From an uncultured Kiloniellaceae bacterium (GTDB lineage: Bacteria > Actinomycetota > Acidimicrobiia > Spongiisociales > UBA11373): a stretch of 55,259 nt of DNA. How positions within the stretch are numbered: the first letter of the stretch is position 1; each line of letters starts with the position of its first letter. The position numbers and the translations under genes were made by a program. The stretch lies in contig CAXMOL010000066.1 in NCBI GenBank assembly GCA_964194935.1, forward strand, positions 1 through 55,259, written 5' to 3'. The notes under the pieces are model-generated. The model did not search any database, was not told the DNA's origin, and saw nothing but the letters and a program-made list of their open reading frames with translations. Positions 36,276 to 44,975 of this stretch are shown in pieces.

Positions 36276-37115
36276 ATGGAACTCGACAAATACGGCACGG
36301 CTAACCGCGCCAATTGGAGTGAGCGGGTCGCGGGTCATTGGGAGCCTGATGCCTACGACGCCCCGGGGTTTATCGCCGATCCCGCCAGAGTCAGCGGAGT
36401 TGTGCAGTTCGATCATCAGTACCTGGGCGACGTGACCGGAAAGACGCTGCTGCACCTGCAGTGTCACTTCGGGATGGACACGTTGTCCTGGGCCCGGCTG
36501 GGTGCCGAGGTCACCGGTATCGACTTCTCCCTAGAGGCGGTCACGGCCGCGCAGCGGATGAGTCGGGAGAGTGGAACACCGGGACGTTTCGTCGTCAGCG
36601 AGTTGTATGAAACACCGTCGACCCTCGCCGGTGAACGGTTCGATGTCGTCTACACCGGAGTCGGTGCACTCAATTGGCTCCCCGACATTTCGGCTTGGGG
36701 CGAAGTGGTGGCCGGGATGCTCAAGCCCGGCGGTGCCTTCTACATGCGGGAGGGCCATCCAGTGCTGTGGTCGCTCCGCTTCCCGATCGAAGACCCCCAT
36801 GACGAGTCGCTGGTCGTCGAGTATCCCTACTTCGAGGTAGAGGAGCCACTCGCCTTTGACTTTGAAGAGTCTTACCTCGGCTCTGCCAAGGTCGCCAATG
36901 CCCGTACCTATGAGTGGAATCACGGGATCGGTGAGATCATGACAGCGCTGCTGGACCAGGGGCTGGAGATCGACCTCTTCGAGGAGCACCGGTTCTTGGA
37001 GTGGAAGGGACTCCACCACATGGTCGAAGGCGATGACGGCCGGTGGCGGCTTCCCGAGCGTCAGGCCGAGCTGGTCCCGTTGATGTACTCGCTACGGGCA
37101 AGAAAGAAGTCTTGA
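36276..37115 (+). CDS. Class I SAM-dependent methyltransferase
   Basis: LLHLQCHFG, GIDFS and FDVVYTGVGALNWL. Confidence 0.9.
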   Translation: MELDKYGTANRANWSERVAGHWEPDAYDAPGFIADPARVSGVVQFDHQYLGDVTGKTLLHLQCHFGMDTLSWARLGAEVTGIDFSLEAVTAAQRMSRESGTPGRFVVSELYETPSTLAGERFDVVYTGVGALNWLPDISAWGEVVAGMLKPGGAFYMREGHPVLWSLRFPIEDPHDESLVVEYPYFEVEEPLAFDFEESYLGSAKVANARTYEWNHGIGEIMTALLDQGLEIDLFEEHRFLEWKGLHHMVEGDDGRWRLPERQAELVPLMYSLRARKKS

Positions 37116-37135
37116 GTCTTACTCCCGCCTCCTGA

Positions 37136-38137
37136 CTACTTCAAGAGGAATGACGGCAGCGGGTCGTCGTCTTCCAGGGTGAAGGTGGCCTCTCCGATGT
37201 AATGGGAGCGGCCACCAATCTCGACGATCCACGCATCGCGTTGGCCCGAGGTGGTCGACTGCACGGCCTTGGCGGTGAATTGCGAGCCTGTGACGCTCTC
37301 GAACAGTCGCTCGGTATCCATCTCGATGAGGCCCTTGGACCGCTGGATGGCGATGCGCGCTGTTGCACCCGAACCGGTGGGCGACCGATCCACTTCACGG
37401 GCGGCAAAGACACATATGTTTGCCGTCGGCTCGGGGGTCCAAGCATCGCGACCATCGGTGAGGATGGTTCCGTAGAGGAACGCCAGGTCGTCATCGTCGG
37501 GATGATCGAGAGGTATCGCGGCGGTCACAGCCTCAGTGACGGCCCAGGCAGCATCCACCAGGTCGCGGGTCGGGGAGGTTCGAACGTCGAGACCGAAATG
37601 GGAGGCATCGGCGAACGCATAGAAAGCACCCCCATACGCCACATCGACTGGTACCGGCCCATGGCCCTCGACCACAACGCTCGTGTCGAGTGCGGTGACG
37701 AAGGCTGGGACACTGCGAAATCGCACCCGGCCCGATTGGTCTCCCGCCACGTCGACCTCCAGCCGGAGAAGCCCTGCCGGGACCTGGATGGCGACGGTTG
37801 TCACCGGTTCGGTGCGAGCCACGATGCCACTGTCGACTGCCCAACGGCCGAGAGCGATGGTGGCGTGGCCACACATCGTGGAGTAACCCTCGTTATGGGT
37901 GAAGAGCACCGCGAGGTCGGCATCGGGGTGGTCTGGAGCTACCGGGAGTACCCCATACATGTCGGCATGACCGCGCGGTTCATGCATCAGCATCCGGCGA
38001 AGGTGATCGAGGTTCTCGGTGACGTACCGGCGTTTGGCGAGAATCGTGTCCCCGTCGATCTGCGGGAAGCCATCGGTGATGATGCGCACCGGCTCACCAC
38101 CGGTGTGCATTTCGACGGTGTGTATCCGAAAAGCCAC
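37136..38137 (-). CDS. Proline racemase family protein, likely trans-3-hydroxy-L-proline dehydratase
   Basis: HTGGEP, EPRGH, MCGH (Cys) and DRSPTGSG (Thr in place of the second Cys). Confidence 0.85.
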   Translation of the reverse strand: MAFRIHTVEMHTGGEPVRIITDGFPQIDGDTILAKRRYVTENLDHLRRMLMHEPRGHADMYGVLPVAPDHPDADLAVLFTHNEGYSTMCGHATIALGRWAVDSGIVARTEPVTTVAIQVPAGLLRLEVDVAGDQSGRVRFRSVPAFVTALDTSVVVEGHGPVPVDVAYGGAFYAFADASHFGLDVRTSPTRDLVDAAWAVTEAVTAAIPLDHPDDDDLAFLYGTILTDGRDAWTPEPTANICVFAAREVDRSPTGSGATARIAIQRSKGLIEMDTERLFESVTGSQFTAKAVQSTTSGQRDAWIVEIGGRSHYIGEATFTLEDDDPLPSFLLK

Positions 38138-38181
38138 GATGGACGATTCTACGGATCACCTGCTCGGGTAGCCTCGCTGAG

Positions 38182-39087
38182 ATGCCTGAAATCACCGTGG
38201 TCGGCAGTTTGAATCTCGACACGACCGTGCGGGTACCCCGGCTCCCTTCGCCAGGTGAGACCATCCTCGGCACGGGTCACTTCGTCGATAGTGGTGGCAA
38301 AGGCGCCAACCAAGCAGTTGCCGCTGCCCGACTCGGGCGATCGGTCGCAATGGTCGGCATGGTCGGCGACGACGACGCCGGTCGTCATCTTGTCGAGTCG
38401 CTGGCCGGTGACGGCGTCGATACTTCATCGGTGGCCGTCAGCGATCGCCATGGCAGTGGCATTGCGGTGATCACAGTCGATGCATCCGGCGAGAACATGA
38501 TCGTGGTCGACCCCGGGGCAAACCAAGACCTTGGTCCTCATGTGGTCGACGGATTGGCTGAGCCGATCAGATCGGCATGGGTGGTGCTGATCCAGCTCGA
38601 GATCCCGCTCGAGGCGGTGGCGGCAGCGGCTCACCTGGCGACCGGCACTGTTGTGCTGAATCCGGCACCGGCCGCATTACTGGAACGCCCGCTGCTCGAC
38701 TCCATCGACGTCCTGGTTCCGAATGCGACCGAACTAGCCAGCCTTGTGGGTGGGGCGGCACCCTCCTCGCCGACCGATGCGATATCGATGGCTCGTCGTG
38801 TTCGGGGTCCTGGTGCGGTTGTAGTCACCCTCGGTAGAGACGGCGCTGTCGTTGTCGCAGGTGAATTAGAAGCACATGTTCCGGCTCCCCTAATCGATGC
38901 AGTAGACCCGACCGCGGCCGGCGATGCGTTTTGTGGTGGGCTGGCTGATGCTCTGGTGCGGGGCGACTCGATACATGACGCGGTGCGGTGGGCCGTACGT
39001 TGCGGGGCCGCCACCGCGACCAAATGGGGGGCTCAAGCGGCGTTGCCGACGAGAATCGAGGTCCTGGCGATGGAGGATTCCAGATGA
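38182..39087 (+). CDS. rbsK: Ribokinase
   Basis: GGKGANQAVAAAR, NPAPA, PNATE and DPTAAGDAF. Confidence 0.9.
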   Translation: MPEITVVGSLNLDTTVRVPRLPSPGETILGTGHFVDSGGKGANQAVAAARLGRSVAMVGMVGDDDAGRHLVESLAGDGVDTSSVAVSDRHGSGIAVITVDASGENMIVVDPGANQDLGPHVVDGLAEPIRSAWVVLIQLEIPLEAVAAAAHLATGTVVLNPAPAALLERPLLDSIDVLVPNATELASLVGGAAPSSPTDAISMARRVRGPGAVVVTLGRDGAVVVAGELEAHVPAPLIDAVDPTAAGDAFCGGLADALVRGDSIHDAVRWAVRCGAATATKWGAQAALPTRIEVLAMEDSR

Positions 39088-40025
39088 CCGCTCGCAAGAT
39101 CATCATTGATACGGATCCAGGGCAGGACGACGCTGTCGCGATTCTGTTGGCTCTTGCTTCGCCCGAGGAATTGGATGTTGTGGCGATCACGACGGTGGCG
39201 GGGAATGTTCCACTACCGCTCACCACCCGCAACGCACTCATGATGTGCGAACTGGCCGGCCGGACCGACGTCCCGGTTTATGCGGGGTCGGACGGTCCGA
39301 TGGTTCGCGACCTGGTCACCGCCGAATACGTCCACGGTGCCACCGGTATCGATGGCGCAGGTCTTCCCGAGCCGACGATGGAGGTGAGGCAGCGCCATGC
39401 GGTCGACGCAATAGTCGACATCGTGATGGCGGCCGAACCCGGCGAGATCAGCCTTTGCCCTTTGGGTCCGCTTACCAACGTCGGTCAGGCTCTGGTCAAA
39501 GAACCTCGGATCGCTGATCGGCTCGGCGAAATCATCCTGATGGGTGGTGGGTTCTTTGAGGGAGGCAATACGACACCGGCTGCCGAGTTCAATATCTATG
39601 TGGACCCGCAAGCCGCCGACATCGTGTTTCAAAGCGGTGTCTCGATCACGATGATGCCGCTCGATGTGACTCACAAGGCTCTCACTTCGCCGGAGCGTCT
39701 CGCTCGGTTTGCCGCGATCACCTCGCCGGCGGGCAAGGCCGTGCACGGAATGCTCGACTTCTTCGAGCGCTTCGACATCGAGAAGTACGGGTCTGAGGGA
39801 GGTCCGCTGCATGACCCGTGTGTGATCGCCTACCTTCTTGATCCGGGTCTGTTTGGTGGCAAGAACGTGTCGGTCCGCATCGAGACGAACTCTGAGATGA
39901 CGATGGGGATGACCGTGATCGATTGGTGGGGCGTCACTGCCGAGGCACCGAACGCCATGGTGATGGATCAGATCGACGCCGATGGGTTCTACGAATTACT
40001 CGCCGACAGGATCGCCACGCTCTAG
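39084..40025 (+). CDS. Inosine/uridine-preferring nucleoside hydrolase
   Basis: DTDPGQDD, LGPLTN, AEFNIYVDP and LHDP. ATGA overlap with rbsK. Confidence 0.93.
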   Translation: MTARKIIIDTDPGQDDAVAILLALASPEELDVVAITTVAGNVPLPLTTRNALMMCELAGRTDVPVYAGSDGPMVRDLVTAEYVHGATGIDGAGLPEPTMEVRQRHAVDAIVDIVMAAEPGEISLCPLGPLTNVGQALVKEPRIADRLGEIILMGGGFFEGGNTTPAAEFNIYVDPQAADIVFQSGVSITMMPLDVTHKALTSPERLARFAAITSPAGKAVHGMLDFFERFDIEKYGSEGGPLHDPCVIAYLLDPGLFGGKNVSVRIETNSEMTMGMTVIDWWGVTAEAPNAMVMDQIDADGFYELLADRIATL

Positions 40026-41203
40026 GAGGGCTCTCGGCCTGCCGCGAGAACCACCAATAGCGCCGCGATTGCGCCGGCGGCCGACATGATCGAGTTTGCG
40101 GGCATTCCCTTCCAGGTGAACAGGATTGGGCCGAGTACATCGCCGATGGCCCGACCAATCCCCAGTGCCACCATCAGCAATGCCAGGTACCTGGTGCGCG
40201 CCATCGGGGCCAACTCTGAGGCGAGCGGAATGGCCGACACGATCGTGATCTCGAAGGCGATAAAGGTCAATGCGAGCACGGCCAGCCCGATTCCAAGAGA
40301 GCTGCTGGCGGGGGCCATGGCCAAATAGCCAACGACGGAAACTCCCAGACCCCAGGTGACCATGCGCAGCTTTCCGATGTGGTCCGCAAACGCGAGTACG
40401 GCTCCCTCGCCGGTCATTTCGGCGATTGCGATCAGAATCGAAGCCAGCCCAAGGGCGGCCAGAGAGAGGCTGAACCCATCCTCAAGCCATGCTCCGAACA
40501 CGATGAAGGTGGTTTCAGCCGCAAACGAAAACAGCGCGGCAAAGATGAGCAAAGACCACCTGCGTCGGTCGAGCGTGAGACGAACCCGGTCGGACTCTCC
40601 GTGAGGTGCATCGGCTTCCAGCAAGGCCGGGGTCGCAACCATTGTTGCCGTAAGCAACACCCCGACGACCCAGAAGGGTGCCTCCCATCCGAATGAGTCG
40701 ATGAGCCGGCCAGCCAATGGCGCTCCGACGAGGAGCCCACCCGCCCAAGTGAGTTCCAGGATCGACATGTATCTGGCACGCCGCTCGTATGGCGTCCGGT
40801 CGGCGATGTAGGCCTGGGCAGCCGCGTCGAATGAAGGCTTGCCGAGACCGAGCAATATGAATCCAACGAGAGCTCCTACGTAGAAGCCGGTCGCTGCGGT
40901 GATGAATGCCCCAACAGCCATCATTCCCAGCGCCCAGACCGCCAGGCGAACTCGGCGCTCGCCGCTCCCTGCGCTGGCAACGACGGCTGGAGTGGCGACG
41001 AAAGCGACCGAGCGCGCCGAGACGAGTAGTCCGCCCTGTTCCAACGAGATGCCCAGCCCGCGGCTTATGGCAGGCAGGAACGGGAAAACGAATCTATGTG
41101 CTGTGTTTACAACCAACCTTGTGAACGTGAGGAAGACGATCGCGAGGCGGAGCGAGCGCCCCGTCACTGATCGGTCATCAACAGGCGTGGATGCAGCATC
41201 CAT
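40022..41203 (-). CDS. MFS transporter
   Basis: About 12 TM segments with YIADRTPYERRAR and ADHIGKLR loop motifs. Start is approximate. Confidence 0.85.
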   Translation of the reverse strand: MDAASTPVDDRSVTGRSLRLAIVFLTFTRLVVNTAHRFVFPFLPAISRGLGISLEQGGLLVSARSVAFVATPAVVASAGSGERRVRLAVWALGMMAVGAFITAATGFYVGALVGFILLGLGKPSFDAAAQAYIADRTPYERRARYMSILELTWAGGLLVGAPLAGRLIDSFGWEAPFWVVGVLLTATMVATPALLEADAPHGESDRVRLTLDRRRWSLLIFAALFSFAAETTFIVFGAWLEDGFSLSLAALGLASILIAIAEMTGEGAVLAFADHIGKLRMVTWGLGVSVVGYLAMAPASSSLGIGLAVLALTFIAFEITIVSAIPLASELAPMARTRYLALLMVALGIGRAIGDVLGPILFTWKGMPANSIMSAAGAIAALLVVLAAGREPS

Positions 41204-41646
41204 CGCAGCCAGCCCGACCCGGGAGCGGCCGGCAGGTGAATTTCGACGCAGGCAACGGCTGCGGTGACCATTTGGATGGACCCGCCATTGATGATCGTGG
41301 ACACAGTTGCCGACCAAGTCGGCTCGTGGCCGACGACGAGCATCCGGTGTGCCGTTGCATGTTCCGCCAGCACATCGAGCACTCCGCTTAACCCAGCGCC
41401 ATACAACTCTTCAATGTCGAGAATCGGGACCGACCAACCCCCACCGTCTCGGGCCAGAGCCGCCGTATCCGCTGCTCGACGGGCAGGGGAAGTCAGGATG
41501 ATCTCGGGCTCGGCCCCGAACCCAGCGATGGCACGGCCGATGGCGATCGCCGAGCGTTCGCCCCGTCGCGACAGCGGACGATCCCGGTCGATCAGTCCGG
41601 TTGGGTGATCCGACTTTGCGTGACGCATCAACATGATTTCAGGCAT
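41164..41646 (-). CDS. SixA-like histidine phosphatase
   Basis: MRHAKS, DRPLS-RG, SPARRA and VGHEP. It is the C-terminal part of ORF-track 41164..42336. Confidence 0.9.
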   Translation of the reverse strand: MPEIMLMRHAKSDHPTGLIDRDRPLSRRGERSAIAIGRAIAGFGAEPEIILTSPARRAADTAALARDGGGWSVPILDIEELYGAGLSGVLDVLAEHATAHRMLVVGHEPTWSATVSTIINGGSIQMVTAAVACVEIHLPAAPGSGWLRWMLHPRLLMTDQ

Positions 41647-41670
41647 GAGGCGCGAGCCTATTCTCTTGTT

Positions 41671-42876
41671 GTGAGCACGACGACGACCCCCGGTCTTTCG
41701 CAGCGGCTGACGGCCCTCTCCGGATCGGCGACCATGGCGATCACCTCGCGGGCGAACGCACTGCGGGCGCAAGGTCGACCGGTAATCGGGTTTGGGGCGG
41801 GAGAACCAAACTTTGCGACTCCGTCCCACATCGTCGAGGCGGCGATCCAGGCATGCTCGGATCCGGCGAACCACCGCTATACGCCAGCCATCGGTCTGCC
41901 CGACCTGCGAGAAGCGGTTGCCGCAGCCACCCACAAGCACTCGGGATTCGAGGTGGAACCGGCGAATGTGGTCATCTCCAACGGCGGCAAGGGAGCCCTT
42001 TTCGCCGCCTTTGCGGCACTGATCGATCCAGGGGATGAGGTGTTGATGCCGAGTCCGTATTGGGTCACCTACCCGGAGGCCATCGCTTTCTTCGGTGGTG
42101 TGATGCGGGTCGTGCCGACGACGGTCGATGATGGGTTTCGGGTGTCGATCGAGGCGCTCGATGCTGCGGTCAGCGACCGGACGAAGGCCTTGGTATTCGT
42201 CTCGCCGTCGAATCCCTCGGGTGCCGTCTACCCGCCCGACGAGGTGGCCGCCATCGGACGGTGGGCAGCCGATCGCGGAATATGGGTGATCACCGACGAG
42301 ATCTACGACCAACTCGTCTACGGCGCGGCAAGTCACGTGTCGATGCCCGTGGTGGCCCCAGAGATGGCAGATCGCTGCGTCGTAATAAACGGCACGGCCA
42401 AGACTTTTGCGATGACCGGATGGCGAGTGGGATGGGCGATCGCCCCGGCTCCTATCGCGGCGGCGATGGGTCGGTTCCAGTCACACTCGACGTCAAACGT
42501 TTCGAATGTCTCGCAACGGGCCGCGATAGCGGCGTTGACCGGGCCTATGGAACCGGTTGCCGAGATGAGGGATGCCTTTGATCGCCGTCGCCGCGAGATG
42601 TATCGGCTGCTGTCCGAGATTCCTGGCATAGAGGTTCTAGAGCCTGAAGGCGCCTTCTACGCGTTCCCCTCGGTCGCCGACCAGTTGGGTCGGCCGTTGC
42701 GGGGTCGCACAGCTTCATCGAGTTTCGATCTTGCCGCGTTGCTCCTCGAGGAGATCGAGATCGCAGTTGTCCCCGGCGAGGCCTTTGGTGCTCCTGGATA
42801 CTGCAGGCTGTCGTTTGCCCTCTCCGATGAAGATCTGATCGAGGGACTCGGGCGGTGGCGAGAACTGGCTGGCTAG
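41671..42876 (+). CDS. Class I PLP-dependent aminotransferase (aspartate aminotransferase-like)
   Basis: GEPNF, PSNPSG, DEIY, AKTFAMTGWRVG and PEGAFY. Confidence 0.93.
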   Translation: MSTTTTPGLSQRLTALSGSATMAITSRANALRAQGRPVIGFGAGEPNFATPSHIVEAAIQACSDPANHRYTPAIGLPDLREAVAAATHKHSGFEVEPANVVISNGGKGALFAAFAALIDPGDEVLMPSPYWVTYPEAIAFFGGVMRVVPTTVDDGFRVSIEALDAAVSDRTKALVFVSPSNPSGAVYPPDEVAAIGRWAADRGIWVITDEIYDQLVYGAASHVSMPVVAPEMADRCVVINGTAKTFAMTGWRVGWAIAPAPIAAAMGRFQSHSTSNVSNVSQRAAIAALTGPMEPVAEMRDAFDRRRREMYRLLSEIPGIEVLEPEGAFYAFPSVADQLGRPLRGRTASSSFDLAALLLEEIEIAVVPGEAFGAPGYCRLSFALSDEDLIEGLGRWRELAG

Positions 42877-43295
42877 CCGGCCAGCATTTGCAGCGCCTGG
42901 CGGTAACCGTCGATGCCCTCGCCGCTGATGGTTGCGATGCAGGCGTCGGCAATCACCGAGGTGCGGCGCCACTCCTCCCGGCTGGTGATGTCGGAGATGT
43001 GAACCTCGATAACCGGCAGCCCGATGGCCTTGATGGCGTCGTGGATGGCATATGAGTAGTGGGTGAGAGCGCCTGCATTGAGCACGACCCCACCGAACCG
43101 TCCGATCGTGTTGTGGAGGTGATCGATGAGGTCACCCTCATGGTTCGATTGGGCCGTCGACACCGTGAGATCCAACTCTTGACCCCAGATGCGGCAACGG
43201 TTCTCCAACTCGCGCAGCGTGGCCGTGCCGTAGATGTCGGGCTCTCTCGTGCCGAGCAGATTCAGGTTTGGTCCGTTGAGAACGAGGATTTGCAC
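42873..43295 (-). CDS. aroQ: Type II 3-dehydroquinate dehydratase
   Basis: LNGPNLNLLGTREPDIYG, QSNHEG, NAGALTHYS and EVHISD. Confidence 0.95.
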   Translation of the reverse strand: MQILVLNGPNLNLLGTREPDIYGTATLRELENRCRIWGQELDLTVSTAQSNHEGDLIDHLHNTIGRFGGVVLNAGALTHYSYAIHDAIKAIGLPVIEVHISDITSREEWRRTSVIADACIATISGEGIDGYRQALQMLAG

Positions 43296-43299
43296 GGCG

Positions 43300-44043
43300 T
43301 CACAGTATCTGGGTGCGGTGGCGATCGGAGAGAACCTCGGCCAGAGCGATCGTTTCCGGGTCGATTTCCGATGGCACCAGCGAGTGGCCCGTTGCTTCGA
43401 ATGCTTCGAGCAAGGCGTGAGCTGCTTGCTCGACGCTCGTCGTGTCGCCGATCGATCCGGTTGCTGCCGGATCCCATTCATATCCGAGGGCTTGATAGGC
43501 AGGGATGAGAGGGAGGTTTACCAATTCTGGGGAGTGCACCACCAGGACACCGCCGACGTGGGCAGCGGCCTTGATCAGCCGTTGTCCGACACCCATGACC
43601 TTGCCGCCATTGGCATGGACGGAAAATCTGCCAGGACAATATTCACCAGGCAGCTCACCCACCGAGCCTGACACTCCGAGTCTGCCGAGAGTATCGATGA
43701 TGATCGAAGTGAGAGCCTCGTAGCGCTGCTCGATGCCGGTCTTTGGCTCGGACTCCGGCGTCGACCAGGCGAAGGCGATGGTGCCCTCGTGGAATACAGC
43801 CGCCCTCCCTCCGGCGAGGCGCTCGATGCCTGCATATCCCAACTCGCCGACTGCCGCAATGGCTGCGGGGTAGCCCGATCGGGTGCGGTCCTGGCTGCCG
43901 AATGCCACGATTCGGTCCGGGGTGAAGATTCTCAGCGTTGGCCCGATATCACCCGAAGCCACCTGGCGGAGAAGGGCTGTCGAAATGGCGGTGTCGAGCG
44001 CCGGATCTTGGTCATGGTGTGTGATGAGTCGCAGCTGTGGCAT
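43300..44043 (-). CDS. Lipoate-protein ligase A family protein
   Basis: RLAGGRAAVFHEG, GEYCPG and GKVMGVGQR. The start may be 44103. Confidence 0.85.
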   Translation of the reverse strand: MPQLRLITHHDQDPALDTAISTALLRQVASGDIGPTLRIFTPDRIVAFGSQDRTRSGYPAAIAAVGELGYAGIERLAGGRAAVFHEGTIAFAWSTPESEPKTGIEQRYEALTSIIIDTLGRLGVSGSVGELPGEYCPGRFSVHANGGKVMGVGQRLIKAAAHVGGVLVVHSPELVNLPLIPAYQALGYEWDPAATGSIGDTTSVEQAAHALLEAFEATGHSLVPSEIDPETIALAEVLSDRHRTQIL

Positions 44044-44114
44044 GGGGAGGCGAGCGTAGGCCGACACCGTTCGTTGCACCTCAGAACGCCTATTGGCGAC
44101 CATAATCGATGGGT

Positions 44115-44831
44115 ATGCGGTCTCTCGTTGCCATCCTGGCTCTCGCCATCGCGGTCGCCGCCTGCGGCGACATGCTCGACGGTGTGGGTGACCTTTCGCG
44201 CGGGATCGTGCAGGGCGACGAGATCGCAACGACTACGACCGTGCCGGGCCAACTCGATCTCAGGCTGAACCCGATCACGGCCGCGCTGTGGATCAATGAC
44301 GAGATCGGGTCGGTGACTGCCGGGCTGGAGGTCGATGACCTCCTGCTGGCGGTGTGGCTGCGCGGTCAGCAACCAGGCCAGGTAACCCAATCGGTCGGAG
44401 ACCAATCGGTCCAAGCGAGCAGGCGCGAAATCGCCGAGATGCTTCCGGGGGTCGAATTCCCCCAGTTGGCGCCGGAAGGTGTGTCTCATGTTTCGAGCCA
44501 ACTCGTTTATGACCTCCAAACGGCGTCTCTCGGAGTCGGGACTGCGGCCGCGTTCGGTCTGTGGGTAGGAGAGCCGTACACCGCAGCTCGAAGCGAGGCT
44601 CAGTTGGCAGTGCTCCGGGTCGGTCTCAAGACTTTCGACGATGGGAGTCCGGACAACGAGGTGCTCTCGTTCAGCGTCGATGGCGGGCGCGAGCTGTCCT
44701 GGGTGGACGGTCGGTACGTGTATCAGCTGTTCTGTCGTACCGGCGTCCTGGCCGAAACCTGCGCAGCGATGGCGGACTCGACGATCCCCTTGTCGCTTCT
44801 CGTGTCGCTTCCGTCACCCACCGGAGGCTGA
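44115..44831 (+). CDS. Hypothetical lipoprotein
   Basis: Lipobox AVAAC; no recognised domain. Confidence 0.7.
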   Translation: MRSLVAILALAIAVAACGDMLDGVGDLSRGIVQGDEIATTTTVPGQLDLRLNPITAALWINDEIGSVTAGLEVDDLLLAVWLRGQQPGQVTQSVGDQSVQASRREIAEMLPGVEFPQLAPEGVSHVSSQLVYDLQTASLGVGTAAAFGLWVGEPYTAARSEAQLAVLRVGLKTFDDGSPDNEVLSFSVDGGRELSWVDGRYVYQLFCRTGVLAETCAAMADSTIPLSLLVSLPSPTGG

Positions 44832-44975
44832 CCCGTCTGCTGCGCTTGGGTGTCGAACGTCGATACTCTCTGATCTTCCGACGACAGGGACCTACGCATC
44901 TTCCATTCCGGCGGCTGGTGGTCGTACATCAAATATGACGAGGAGCAGGATCGACCTCGTCTAGATCGTCAACTG

